The notes: generated from the sequence alone by a model not told the origin. Shown: positions 1 through 8,953, numbered from the stretch's first letter. The stretch: DNA of 60,248 bases from Clostridiales bacterium (GCA_015058065.1 SVDB01000001.1:1-60248), one strand, 5' to 3'. Numbers and translations: made by a program.

Positions 1-48
1 AAGGAAGCAGTAGAAGCCAAGGAGTACAAGGTTACCGGAATAGAATAG
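1..48 (+). CDS. 3' terminal fragment of an unidentified CDS entering from upstream of the window
   Basis: Frame 1 is open from base 1 (KEAVEAKEYKVTGIE) to TAG at 46-48. A strong terminator follows 30 nt later. Too short to name. Confidence 0.3.
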   Translation, partial: KEAVEAKEYKVTGIE

Positions 49-77
49 CGAGGCTCCAAAAAAAGAAGATAAAAAAG

Positions 78-113
78 ACGCTGCCGTAACATATGTTACG
101 GCAGCGTCTTTTT
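78..113. terminator. bidirectional rho-independent terminator
   Basis: GACGCTGCCGTAAC-atat-GTTACGGCAGCGTC forms a 14-bp perfect stem (78-108). An A-run lies upstream and a T-run downstream. It sits between convergent genes. Confidence 0.85.
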
Positions 114-170
114 CATTTTCCGATAACCGCGGATCGCCGCTTTTATCCGATCTTTTATTCAGTCATGTGA

Positions 171-1193
171 TCAGGCATTCGCCAGGACCTTGATATCCTC
201 TTCGCTCGTCGACCAGCTGGACGCGAGCCTGACTATCGTATGTGTCTCATCATATACGCCCCAGCGGTCGAATATGACGCTCTCCGCCAGTTCCTCCATC
301 TCCTCTTCAGTCATCAGGATAAGCTGCTGGTTCGTAGGTGAATCCATGTAGACCCTCCAGCCTTTTTCCTTGATTATCTCTTTGATCTTCGCTGCCATTT
401 CGATAGCGTGTCGGCTGATCCTGAAGTACAGATCGTCAGTAAAGAGCGTGTCGAACTGGATACCGAGGAGTCTCCCTTTCGCCAGCAGCGCTCCCCTTTT
501 CTTTATCGATGTCATGAAGTGCGCAGGCTTATTGCCCTTCGTGAACACGACCGCTTCTCCGCAGAGCGCGCCGACCTTGGTGCCGCCGATATAGAACACG
601 TCGACCAGCCTGGCGATATCCTGAAGTGTAAGGTCGCACTCATAACTCATCAGCCCGTAGCCCAGCCTCGCTCCATCCAGATAAAGCGGTATCTTATACT
701 CATGGCAAAGGTCAGAAAGCGCCGTAAGTTCAGCCTTGCTGTACAGCGTGCCCGGCTCGGTCGGAAATGAGATGTAGACCATTCCCGGGAACACCATGTG
801 ATCATGCGTCATGTCACTATAGAATGTCTCGAGATACTTTCTGACAGCACCGGCTTCCAGTTTGCCCTCCACTGCAGGAAGTTCGATGACCTTGTGTCCT
901 GTGAACTCTACGGCTCCGGACTCATGGACGCTGACATGTCCGCTGGTCGCGGCTATTACTCCCTCCCAGTCGCGCAGCATCGTGGAAATGATCACGGAGT
1001 TGGTCTGAGTTCCTCCGACAAGGAACTCTACCTCCGCGTCAGGCAGTCCGCATGCCGCCTTGATCTTATCTTTGGCACTCGCCGTGTAATGGTCCATGCC
1101 GTAGCCCGGCAGGCTTTCCATGTTGGTCTCTTCAAGTCTCTTCAGTATTTCCGGATGAGCTCCGGCAATGTAATCGCATTCAAATGAAACCAT
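171..1193 (-). CDS. low-specificity threonine aldolase / beta-eliminating lyase family, PLP-dependent
   Basis: 340-aa ORF with AAGGAG RBS before the ATG at 1193. Family-typical N-terminus (FECDYIAGAHPEILKRL, GGTQTN, YLDGARL). Confidence 0.85.
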   Translation of the reverse strand: MVSFECDYIAGAHPEILKRLEETNMESLPGYGMDHYTASAKDKIKAACGLPDAEVEFLVGGTQTNSVIISTMLRDWEGVIAATSGHVSVHESGAVEFTGHKVIELPAVEGKLEAGAVRKYLETFYSDMTHDHMVFPGMVYISFPTEPGTLYSKAELTALSDLCHEYKIPLYLDGARLGYGLMSYECDLTLQDIARLVDVFYIGGTKVGALCGEAVVFTKGNKPAHFMTSIKKRGALLAKGRLLGIQFDTLFTDDLYFRISRHAIEMAAKIKEIIKEKGWRVYMDSPTNQQLILMTEEEMEELAESVIFDRWGVYDETHTIVRLASSWSTSEEDIKVLANA

Positions 1194-1224
1194 GAAACGC
1201 TCTCCTTTTTACTCCTATTTACTC

Positions 1225-2424
1225 CTATTCCCGATACATCTTTTCTCTCAGCGTATCCGCGCAGACTGATGCCGTAGACCAGCACATCTGCAGGTTATAC
1301 CCGCCTGTTATCCCGTCCGCGTTCAGCGCTTCTCCTATAACATAAAGACCGTCGAAGCGTTTCACGCTCATGGTCTGCATGTCGACTTCATCAAGAGATA
1401 CTCCTCCGAAAGTGACCATGCCACGCTTGTCGACTCCTTTCACGATGAAGTCGTCGTGATCGAGATACGACGCGAGTACATTTGTCCTTATGTCGCCCAG
1501 AAGTCCCCGCGAACGCTCGCGCAGCGCGCGCTGCACGCGCTTTGGTAGTTCATACATTTCCTTATTATAACACAGCCTTATAAGTTCGCCCGGTTCGGCA
1601 TACTTCGAGATATTCAGTATCACCGGTCCCGAAAAGCCATCGTGCGTGAACAGCAGGTCTCCTTTCATTTTTGCGGCCTTGCCCTTGCATGTATTGACCG
1701 CGTCGCTGCTGAACGCTATAACAGTGACATCCGGGATCGAGATGCCGGCAAGATCCGCGTATGGATAGTCCCTGACATATACTGGAGCCAACGCTGACCT
1801 GGGCTCGTCGATGCCGAGTCCCAGTTCGCTCAGCATCTCAAACACGGATCCATCCGAGCCGGTCTCCGGATAGGTGATGCCGCCGGAAGCGATCACGACG
1901 TTCCGCGCCATGACCTCATACCCGTTCATCAGCGAGACCTCCCAGATGCCGTCTGTTCTTCGCAATCCGGCTGCTTTGGTGTCCGTCTCTATCTGCCAGA
2001 GATTGGAGGCCGCCTCTTCTACAAGCGCATCCAGTACGTCCTTCGACTTCATGGACGCCGGAAAAACGCGTCCGGCATCATCCATGCCTCCCGGTCCGTA
2101 ATACGCGCCTACAGGATCGCCATTCTCGTCCGCGAGCTCTATTCCGCGTCCGGTAAGCCACCTGGCGAGTTCAAGGTTGCTGTGCCTGTAAAGGCAACGC
2201 CTCAGAGCCTGCCCTTCACTGCCATAAGCGTAAACGAAATCCTTTACCGAGCCGCCATGCGTTATGTTACAGTGTCCGCCTCCGCTCATCAGCAGTTTGC
2301 TTCCCAGCGCGGAACTGCCTTCGAGCACCAGACCCGGCGCTCCTCCCAGATCCAGGTTCGCCGCAAGCATCAGCCCTGATGCCCCGCCTCCTATTACGAT
2401 GATTTCATAGACTTCCTTATTCAT
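1225..2424 (-). CDS. HI0933/BaiN-like FAD-dependent oxidoreductase
   Basis: 399 aa with N-terminal dinucleotide fold IVIGGGASGLM. C-terminal GEALNADGITGGYNLQ is typical of the HI0933-like flavoprotein family. Confidence 0.85.
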   Translation of the reverse strand: MNKEVYEIIVIGGGASGLMLAANLDLGGAPGLVLEGSSALGSKLLMSGGGHCNITHGGSVKDFVYAYGSEGQALRRCLYRHSNLELARWLTGRGIELADENGDPVGAYYGPGGMDDAGRVFPASMKSKDVLDALVEEAASNLWQIETDTKAAGLRRTDGIWEVSLMNGYEVMARNVVIASGGITYPETGSDGSVFEMLSELGLGIDEPRSALAPVYVRDYPYADLAGISIPDVTVIAFSSDAVNTCKGKAAKMKGDLLFTHDGFSGPVILNISKYAEPGELIRLCYNKEMYELPKRVQRALRERSRGLLGDIRTNVLASYLDHDDFIVKGVDKRGMVTFGGVSLDEVDMQTMSVKRFDGLYVIGEALNADGITGGYNLQMCWSTASVCADTLREKMYRE

Positions 2425-2450
2425 GACTGCATTCTATCATATATAGGCGC

Positions 2451-2522
2451 GCATACATAAGCATACATAAGCGTCCATGCATATATAACACGCATACATA
2501 AGTATTTATGCATATATAAGCG
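2451..2522. repeat. short tandem repeat, two 31-bp units plus a 10-bp partial copy
   Basis: GCATACATAA occurs at 2451, 2461 and 2492. ATGCATATATAA occurs at 2477 and 2508. Period is 31 bp. The repeat lies in the promoter region of the HI0933-like gene. Confidence 0.6.
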
Positions 2523-2605
2523 GGCATTTGAGCGGGCAATCGGCGTGCATCCTCTTTATAGTACACAAGTAAATGCATAGGTACATGACCGTAATTTACG
2601 CGGGA

Positions 2606-3427
2606 TCACTCTTTGCGGACGCGGCTCCTCAATATCTCCACGATGGGGCCGATGTCAAATCCTCCCCTGTTATCATCAAAAGTAAAGTACACATCTCTGC
2701 CCGGAAGGAAACCGTTGCTCCAATAATCATATTCCCGAGACTCAGATCTGTCTCTGTAATCATTCTTTCCGTACATGCCCTGGTGTTCGATCCTGACTTC
2801 GGTTTTGAAATCGATCTCTGAAAGGATCGTGAAATCCGGATAAAAAACTCGCGTCTCCCCTTTTACCGGCAATTCATACACAAACGTGTATCCTGCTTCA
2901 ACCAGAAAGTTATAAATAAGAGCCTCAGACTTGGATCTTACCATGCTGCCATCGATCGTAGGCTGAGTCAGCTCTTCCGGCTTGTACAGATCGAAAGTAG
3001 CTTTATATGCCTCAGCCTGCTGTTTCCATTTTCTAGCGGCCTTGTTTCGTATGTCTGAGCGAAAACTGCTTGATCTGTATGCCTTGGGGAGTTTCGTATT
3101 GATGTTTCCGAATGAGATGGACTCGTATTTTGCAAGAAAGTCCTCAATAAGCGAGATGTCCTGATCGATCACGGTTATTGATTCTGATAAATAGCGCGCC
3201 TCACGAATAGCCCGGATTTCCGGTTTCGTTTCATTTCCAAGATACTTGATCCTTTCGTCACAGGGACCGCGCACGCCATAATAGATGTGTTCTTTTATCT
3301 TGCGCAATGGTTTTATTATTATCTGCGAATACTCTGAAAGCTCATTGAGTCTGTCTTGCTGACTGTTCCTGATCGTTTTCAGCTGGGTCAAATAGTATTT
3401 AATGTCTAAAAGCAGTTTGTTCTCCAT
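2606..3427 (-). CDS. hypothetical protein with C-terminal PD-(D/E)xK (Vsr/DUF559/TnsA-N-like) nuclease-fold motifs
   Basis: Ordered E / D / E-x-Q pattern: RSKSEALIYNFL, FYPDFTIL, VRIEHQG. The N-terminal ~170 aa are helical with no motif I recognise. ATG 3427 (MENKLLL) is preferred over TTG 3454, but neither has a good RBS. The gene is ~38% GC versus ~55-60% in neighbours. Confidence 0.55.
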   Translation of the reverse strand: MENKLLLDIKYYLTQLKTIRNSQQDRLNELSEYSQIIIKPLRKIKEHIYYGVRGPCDERIKYLGNETKPEIRAIREARYLSESITVIDQDISLIEDFLAKYESISFGNINTKLPKAYRSSSFRSDIRNKAARKWKQQAEAYKATFDLYKPEELTQPTIDGSMVRSKSEALIYNFLVEAGYTFVYELPVKGETRVFYPDFTILSEIDFKTEVRIEHQGMYGKNDYRDRSESREYDYWSNGFLPGRDVYFTFDDNRGGFDIGPIVEILRSRVRKE

Positions 3428-3656
3428 GCTTAAAATTCTAATGCATGGAAACAAAAAAACTCAAGCAACTGAAGCACTTATTCCTGCAACTATTGCACTA
3501 TTTTCAATTATTGCACTTTTTTATGATCAGGCGCAGTACATAGCATAATATAAGTTAATGCCCTGCCCTCCAGCATTTATCATCATCTGCTGTTCCCTCC
3601 CGCAATTTCGCACAAAACCTCATCTCTTTCCCTGAGTAAGTTGATCATTATTTATT

Positions 3657-3976
3657 TATTACTTTTTTAGCAAAATTACTGCCTGAAGCAATACATTTTA
3701 GGTTGTTGCAGCGTTTCATTTATTACCTTAAGAGGAAAAAATGCGATATAAGCAATAATTTTTCTGTGTTACAAGGTTGTTTTTTATTGCTTCATAAGGT
3801 AAAAACCCCATTCAAGTAATAACAAGTATGGAATTTTATTCCAAATATTATTGCCGCGTTAGCAAAAAACGACTCGAAAGTAATAACAGGCTTGGGATTT
3901 GAGTCTAAAATGTATTGCCGCGTTAGCAAAAAACGACCCAAAAGTAATAACAGGCCCAAAACAAATGAAAGGTTTT
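3657..3976. repeat. five-unit tandem array with exact 64-bp period
   Basis: Units start at 3657, 3721, 3785, 3849 and 3913. Conserved in register: TATT(A/G)C at positions 1-6, AG at 13-14, an A-run at 16-19 and AAG(C/T)AATA at 30-37. The last two units are 41/43 identical over their first 43 nt. Confidence 0.85.
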
Positions 3977-4020
3977 ATCCTGACAGTGTATCGCCTAATT
4001 AAGAACAATCTTTTCTGCAC

Positions 4021-4049
4021 ATAAAAATCCCCGGCATCCTCAGCCAGGG
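4021..4049 (-). terminator. rho-independent terminator of the EIIC-like gene, ~190 nt after its stop
   Basis: The minus-strand RNA folds CCCUGGC-ugaggau-GCCGGGG (7 bp including one G-U) followed by AUUUUUAU. On the plus strand the same stem has a C-A mismatch and no U-run. Confidence 0.6.
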
Positions 4050-4062
4050 ATAAAGTGCCAAA

Positions 4063-4210
4063 CAGCCCTGTGGGGCTCAGTATGAAACATCCTTGGGTGT
4101 TTCAGTGTTAGCAGCCCTGTGGGGCTCAGTATGAAACAGCCTTGGGTGTTTCAGTGTTAAACAGCCCTGCGTGTCTCGTTGTGAAACAGACTTGTATGTC
4201 TTGGTATGAA
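4063..4210. repeat. three tandem 49-50-bp repeats, each with two hairpins
   Basis: Units 4063-4110 and 4112-4159 are 47/48 identical. The third unit from 4162 is ~70% identical. Each intact unit has AGCCC-tgtg-GGGCT and TGAAACA-8 nt-TGTTTCA. Confidence 0.85.
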
Positions 4211-4239
4211 AATGTCTTATGGATCTCGATCGCTGTTGT

Positions 4240-5334
4240 TTAAAGTTTCAGATCGCCGTCCTTGACCCATCCGAGCTTGCGGCATCCCATGTTGATCAAC
4301 GGCGCCAGTATTGCCGGCAGCACGAAACAGATCATTACAAGACCGATCCAGTCCATTCCCGTTATCGCCGCCTTCGTTCCATTGGCGATGTCATTTACCC
4401 ATCCGGAGTAAACACCGATCTGGCCTACGAATCCGCAAGTCCCCATTCCGCTGGATACCGGAGCTCCGTTCATCTGGAGTTTGAACAGGCAGGTCGCTAT
4501 CGGTCCTGTGATCGCAGCGGTCAGTGTCGGAGCGATCCAGATGCGTGGATTCTTCACGATATTGCCCATCTGGAGCATCGATGTCCCGATGCCCTGTGAG
4601 ATAAGACCGCCCCATTTGTTTTCAGGGAACGACATTACAGCGAATCCGACCATCTGCGCGCAGCAGCCGGCAACAGCAGCTCCTCCGGCAAGACCTACCA
4701 GTCCGAAAGCGGCGCAAATTGCCGCGGAAGAGATAGGCAGCGTAAGAGCCATACCTACGATCACTGATACGAGGATCCCCATCATGAACGGTCTGAGTTC
4801 GGTCGCCCACATGATGAGGTTTCCGATCTTCATCGCCGCGGCTCCGAGTCCCGGAGCCCACCAGGCCGACAGAGCGACACCCACGCCTATGGTCACCAGC
4901 GGCACAACGAGTATGTCGACTCTGGTCTCGCCTGCCACTGCCTTTCCGCATTCAGCGGCGATGATCGCGACTATGAGTACAGCCAGCGGTCCGCCTGCTC
5001 CGCCCAGTCCGTTCGCGGCGAATCCTACGGTAGCCAGTGAGAAAAGTACAAGATTAGGGCTTTTCAAAGCGTACCCGATGGCGATAGCCATCGCCGGACC
5101 GGTCATCGCGACTGCAAGGCCTCCGACTGTATATTCCGCTCCGCCGATGGTGCAGACCGGGTTCGTCAGGAATCCCACATGGAACTGTGTCCCGATGGTA
5201 TTGATGATCGTGCCGATCAGAAGCGAGCAGAAAAGACCCTGCGCCATTGCCGAAAGCGCGTCGATGCCGTAGCGCTTCGCGCTGATCTCTATATTTTTAC
5301 GTTCCAGAAATGCCTTTACTGAATCCTTTGTCAT
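4240..5334 (-). CDS. PTS EIIC-like membrane protein (PTS_EIIC_2-type)
   Basis: 364 aa and polytopic. N-terminus FLERKNIEISAKRYGIDALSAMAQGLFCSLLIGTII is as in this family. AGGAGA RBS. No EIIA, EIIB or kinase partner is nearby. Confidence 0.7.
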   Translation of the reverse strand: MTKDSVKAFLERKNIEISAKRYGIDALSAMAQGLFCSLLIGTIINTIGTQFHVGFLTNPVCTIGGAEYTVGGLAVAMTGPAMAIAIGYALKSPNLVLFSLATVGFAANGLGGAGGPLAVLIVAIIAAECGKAVAGETRVDILVVPLVTIGVGVALSAWWAPGLGAAAMKIGNLIMWATELRPFMMGILVSVIVGMALTLPISSAAICAAFGLVGLAGGAAVAGCCAQMVGFAVMSFPENKWGGLISQGIGTSMLQMGNIVKNPRIWIAPTLTAAITGPIATCLFKLQMNGAPVSSGMGTCGFVGQIGVYSGWVNDIANGTKAAITGMDWIGLVMICFVLPAILAPLINMGCRKLGWVKDGDLKL

Positions 5335-5427
5335 TTCGTCTCCTATCCTATATAATTCTCGTAGGTTTTAACGGCGATGCGCCGGATAAGCCATTATAAC
5401 ACATATTTTATTGAAAGGGGTCTGCTA

Positions 5428-6597
5428 ATGAGTCGTGTAGAACGGGCAGAAGCAAAACTTGAGCGCGAGGCTAAACAGGCTGCTCAGCGTGAGCGGTCAG
5501 ATCAGGCAGGAAAAACAAACGTGAAAAGAAAAAAGAAAAAGAAAAAAGGCGGATGCCTGTGGCTGCTGGTACTGGTACTGGCGATCCTGGTGGGATTCGG
5601 CGGGTATTACACTCTTGGGCTCGCGGCAGTCGATCCTAACAGTGATGAGCAGGTAGTGGTAGACATCCCGAGCGGGACCGGAGCCTCAGCGATAGTGGAT
5701 ATACTCGATAACGCCGGACTGGTCAAGAACAGATTCTGCGCCAAAGTCAACGCGAGGATCGGACACTACAACGGTCTGCAGGCAAATACATACATATTCA
5801 GTCCTTCGATGTCTTTCCGCGAAATAATGAACGCCATCAACAACGGCTCCTTCGACTATCTATCCAAAGAGAGCGTCGAAGTCAAGGACGGCGCGAGGCT
5901 CCAGCAAGTGGCTGAAGCGGTCTCAGAGCAGCTCCCGTACACGGCTGAAGAGATACTGGCCGTCTGGTCGGACACCGGATATCTCAATGAGCTTATCGAC
6001 AAATACTGGTTCCTGACGGATGACATCCTTGATGATGACGTGATGTTCCCTCTCGAAGGATATCTGTACGCAGACACCTATTTCGTGACTGACAACATGA
6101 CGATCGAAGGCTTCACGGAGATGTGTCTCGACAGGATGGATGAAGAACTGTCAGCGCGCAAAGACGACATAGAGGCTTCGGGATTCACAGTGCATGAACT
6201 GCTGACCCTGACATCGATCGTCACTAAAGAAGCGCGGGCTGACGACCAGCCAAAAGTCGCCGGAGTCTTCATGAACAGACTCGAGCAAGGCATGTCGCTC
6301 GGATCGGACGTTACCGTCTGCTACATTTTCCAGGAGGATAGAGTCGAGCTCAAAGTGAGCCAGCTCGAAAGCACCAATCCGTACAATACCCGTAAGTACG
6401 CGGGACTCCCTCCGGGGCCGATCTGTCAGGTGATCGGGGACGCGATCGACGCGGTGCTCCATTACGAAGCGTCTGACAACATCTTCTTCTTCGCTGACGA
6501 AGATGGCGTAGTGCATTACTACAAGACTCAGGCGGACTTTGAACAGGGCATCGAAGACGAAGGTCTCCTCAAGGATGACGACTCTGATGAAGGCTAA
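5428..6597 (+). CDS. mltG: endolytic murein transglycosylase MltG (YceG-like)
   Basis: Basic N-terminal tail plus one TM, then YceG-domain motifs (NPYNTRKYAGLPPGPIC). ATG 5428 is preceded by AAGGGG. The track start at 5377 is an upstream extension. Confidence 0.85.
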   Translation: MSRVERAEAKLEREAKQAAQRERSDQAGKTNVKRKKKKKKGGCLWLLVLVLAILVGFGGYYTLGLAAVDPNSDEQVVVDIPSGTGASAIVDILDNAGLVKNRFCAKVNARIGHYNGLQANTYIFSPSMSFREIMNAINNGSFDYLSKESVEVKDGARLQQVAEAVSEQLPYTAEEILAVWSDTGYLNELIDKYWFLTDDILDDDVMFPLEGYLYADTYFVTDNMTIEGFTEMCLDRMDEELSARKDDIEASGFTVHELLTLTSIVTKEARADDQPKVAGVFMNRLEQGMSLGSDVTVCYIFQEDRVELKVSQLESTNPYNTRKYAGLPPGPICQVIGDAIDAVLHYEASDNIFFFADEDGVVHYYKTQADFEQGIEDEGLLKDDDSDEG

Positions 6598-6648
6598 AGC
6601 CTGCGTAAACAAAACTATTTAAGCGCAAACTTACAAAGCATGAATATA

Positions 6649-6695
6649 AAGGACCGCGTCCGTCAAGGCGCGGTCCTTCGTTATGCTCTTTTTCC
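6649..6695. terminator. rho-independent terminator between convergent mltG and NUDIX genes
   Basis: AAGGACCGCG-10 nt-CGCGGTCCTT (10-bp stem), then a T-rich tract CGTTATGCTCTTTTTCC. Confidence 0.7.
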
Positions 6696-6739
6696 GTTTT
6701 TAGTTTTGGCCCTTCTTTATGCTTTGCCGCTTTACAGCG

Positions 6740-7234
6740 CTATCGTCTTATCACGGTGCAGTGCTCGCCTTCATAGCAAAGTGTCATGGATATCTCCTTC
6801 TTGCCGGCGAGCAGTTCCTCGAGGAATGCCCTGTCGCCTTCCCAGGTCGGTAGATCGAGCATCTTTTCGTGCGGCACCCAGGCCAGTTCTCCCTCGCTGC
6901 ATTCAGGTGGCTCATATGCTCCGGTCTCGGAAAAGATCCGTGCAGCCTCTTCATCCGCGGGCACAAAATCCGACGAGGAGTATAGGTACATGTCTTCAGC
7001 TTCATACTCATCCGACCTGAACTCTATGATCCCGTGGAACACCCACGACCTGAGCCTGAGTCCGGTCTCTTCGAGCACTTCGCGCGCCACGCACTGATCA
7101 GGAGTCTCTCCGGGCTCGACCTTGCCTCCGACACTGATCCACTTGCCCTCGTTCATGTCACCGGGCTTTCTGTCGCGGTAAAGCATCAGCCAGTATCCGT
7201 TATTCTCTATATAGCAAAGAGTCGTTCGTTTCAT
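6740..7234 (-). CDS. NUDIX hydrolase, MutT/8-oxo-dGTPase-like
   Basis: Nudix box GGKVEPGETPDQCVAREVLEETGL. 164 aa. Confidence 0.85.
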   Translation of the reverse strand: MKRTTLCYIENNGYWLMLYRDRKPGDMNEGKWISVGGKVEPGETPDQCVAREVLEETGLRLRSWVFHGIIEFRSDEYEAEDMYLYSSSDFVPADEEAARIFSETGAYEPPECSEGELAWVPHEKMLDLPTWEGDRAFLEELLAGKKEISMTLCYEGEHCTVIRR

Positions 7235-7261
7235 GAGAAATATCCGTAAAAGACGAGCCGC

Positions 7262-8473
7262 CTAGAAAAGCGGCTCCTGTGTGTATTTCTTTACGTTTTC
7301 TTTTGTGTAGATCAGTACCTTGTCACCTTCCTGAAGCATCAAATCTCCGTCCGGCTTTATCGTTCTGCCGTCCCTCTCGACCAGCACTATGAATGTCTGA
7401 CGCGAGATGTCGAGGTCTCTTATCTTCATTCCGTTCCACGCGTGATTCTTTCTGAGGATGATCTCCTTTACGTCCTCGAGCATGCCCTCCGTCGCGGATT
7501 CCGCGCAGATGATCAGTTTGTCTCCCTCGAGTATCTCGACATCGCCTCTCGGTACCATGGTATCTCCGTCCCTGATGACCAGAGCTATGATGGATCCGCT
7601 TGGCATCGCGACCTCGCTGATGGTCTTTCCTATCCACGCGTCGCCAGGATCGATCGAGGCCTTGATAAAGCGGACATCCTGTTCCTGCTCTATGTCCGCG
7701 AGCCTTGTCGCCAGCTGATACTCTTCAACGAATCCTGCGGAAATGATACCCGTTGGGATGGCTACCAGCCCGACTCCGAGGAATGTGATGATTATGCCCA
7801 ATATCTGACCAACTACGGTGATCGGATATATGTCGCCGTAGCCAACGGTCAGCAGAGTCGATGTCGCCCACCATATCGCGGAGAAGGCGTTTTTGAAAAC
7901 ATCAGGCTGCGCTTCGTGCTCCACACTGTACATGCAGAGGCTGGACGCCAGGATCAGCAGCGTGATGACGAACACCGACGCGAGAAGCTGCGTCTTCTTC
8001 TTTGAAATAACATTTCCGATGAGCGAAAGTGAGTCGGAGTAAGCGTTTATCCTGAACAGCCTGAAGATCCTGACTACTCTGAACATGCGGAATACTGCCG
8101 CGCCCGCAGGAAAGAACGTCGGCATGTAATGCGGCAGGAATGACAGAAGGTCGATGATACCGTAGCCGGAAGTCACATATCTGCCTATCGCTTTTCCGGC
8201 TGAATATCCTCTGTACTGCTGTCTTGCGGTAAGTATCCTCAGCACATAGTCTATGGCGAAGAAAAGCACGGTGATCTCATCGACCCACGTCAGCAAAGCG
8301 CCGTGCGCTTCCTTTACGGAATCGAAGGTCGCTGCGAAGGCGCACACTAAATTGGCGACGAGAGCCAGCGTGCTGAATATGTCGTAGAACTGATTCAGCT
8401 TGCTGTCAGTCACGCCGGTCGAGACCATCGCGAACAGTTTCTTTTGCGTTTTTTCCCAGTTGCTTTCTTCCAT
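7262..8473 (-). CDS. voltage-gated-type K+ channel with two C-terminal RCK_C (TrkA-C) domains
   Basis: Selectivity filter TVGYGD. S4-like segment RMFRVVRIFRLFRI. Two repeats of the ~80-aa TrkA-C pattern. Confidence 0.85.
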   Translation of the reverse strand: MEESNWEKTQKKLFAMVSTGVTDSKLNQFYDIFSTLALVANLVCAFAATFDSVKEAHGALLTWVDEITVLFFAIDYVLRILTARQQYRGYSAGKAIGRYVTSGYGIIDLLSFLPHYMPTFFPAGAAVFRMFRVVRIFRLFRINAYSDSLSLIGNVISKKKTQLLASVFVITLLILASSLCMYSVEHEAQPDVFKNAFSAIWWATSTLLTVGYGDIYPITVVGQILGIIITFLGVGLVAIPTGIISAGFVEEYQLATRLADIEQEQDVRFIKASIDPGDAWIGKTISEVAMPSGSIIALVIRDGDTMVPRGDVEILEGDKLIICAESATEGMLEDVKEIILRKNHAWNGMKIRDLDISRQTFIVLVERDGRTIKPDGDLMLQEGDKVLIYTKENVKKYTQEPLF

Positions 8474-8953
8474 CTACCCTTCTACTCTGATGCTTTTGAT
8501 CTTCTGGTCCACGAGAGGCTTGTCCCTGAAGTTGCGTCTGGCGCTGACGATCCTGTCAGCGACATCCATGCCCTCTGTCACCTTTCCGAATGCCGCGTAC
8601 TGGCCGTCAAGGTGAGGCGACGTCGAAGTCATGATGAAGAACTGCGAACCTGCGGAGTTCGGATCCATGGCTCTTGCCATCGAAAGGACTCCCCTTACAT
8701 GCTTCAGATCATTCTTGAAGCCATTGGCCGCGAACTCGCCCTTTATTGTGTATCCCGGGCCGCCGGTGCCTGTTCCCTCAGGGCATCCGCCCTGGATCAT
8801 GAATCCCGGTATGACTCTGTGGAAGATGAGTCCGTCATAAAACTCAGCGTTGGCGAGTTTCTCGAAATTCGCTGCTGTCTCAGGCGCGATCTCAGGATAG
8901 AGCTCACCCTTCATGATGCCGCCGTCTTCCATTTCAATGATAAAAGTCTTCAT
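8474..8953 (-). CDS. cyclophilin-type peptidyl-prolyl cis-trans isomerase
   Basis: [25 protein letters not shown] and SQFFI motifs. Its stop abuts the next gene's start. Confidence 0.9.
   Translation of the reverse strand: MKTFIIEMEDGGIMKGELYPEIAPETAANFEKLANAEFYDGLIFHRVIPGFMIQGGCPEGTGTGGPGYTIKGEFAANGFKNDLKHVRGVLSMARAMDPNSAGSQFFIMTSTSPHLDGQYAAFGKVTEGMDVADRIVSARRNFRDKPLVDQKIKSIRVEG

Noticed and set aside
2451-2522. GCATACATAAG / ATGCATATATAA 31-bp tandem repeat as something functional
   Set aside because: There are only two units plus a fragment, made of low-complexity AT-rich sequence in a promoter region. It shows no hairpin potential and has no counterpart at the other side of the AT-rich island. 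It is listed as a repeat only.
3828-4002. Small basic peptides encoded in the 64-bp units: MEFYSKYYCRVSKKRLESNNRLGI from 3828 and MYCRVSKKRPKSNNRPKTNERFYPDSVSPN from 3910
   Set aside because: No RBS precedes either ATG. The only two substitutions between the repeated segments are both non-synonymous. The older units do not keep the frame open.
3657-4210. Possibility that the repeat arrays are a CRISPR locus
   Set aside because: The conserved part of the 64-bp unit is ~43 nt with only ~21 nt variable. Units decay progressively rather than keeping a constant repeat. The 49-50-bp units have essentially no spacers. No cas genes are present in the window.
5377-5427. Upstream start extensions given by the ORF track. 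These apply to mltG 5377, yedE 25871, the ferredoxin 29093, the TSUP permease 30796, LysR 49620, the hypothetical 51742, MFS 51784, acylphosphatase 54002, the HMA protein 55854 and tetR 58080.
   Set aside because: In each case an internal ATG is preceded by a GGAGG-like RBS at 6-9 nt. The extension runs through promoter, terminator or leader sequence, so the shorter coordinates were used.
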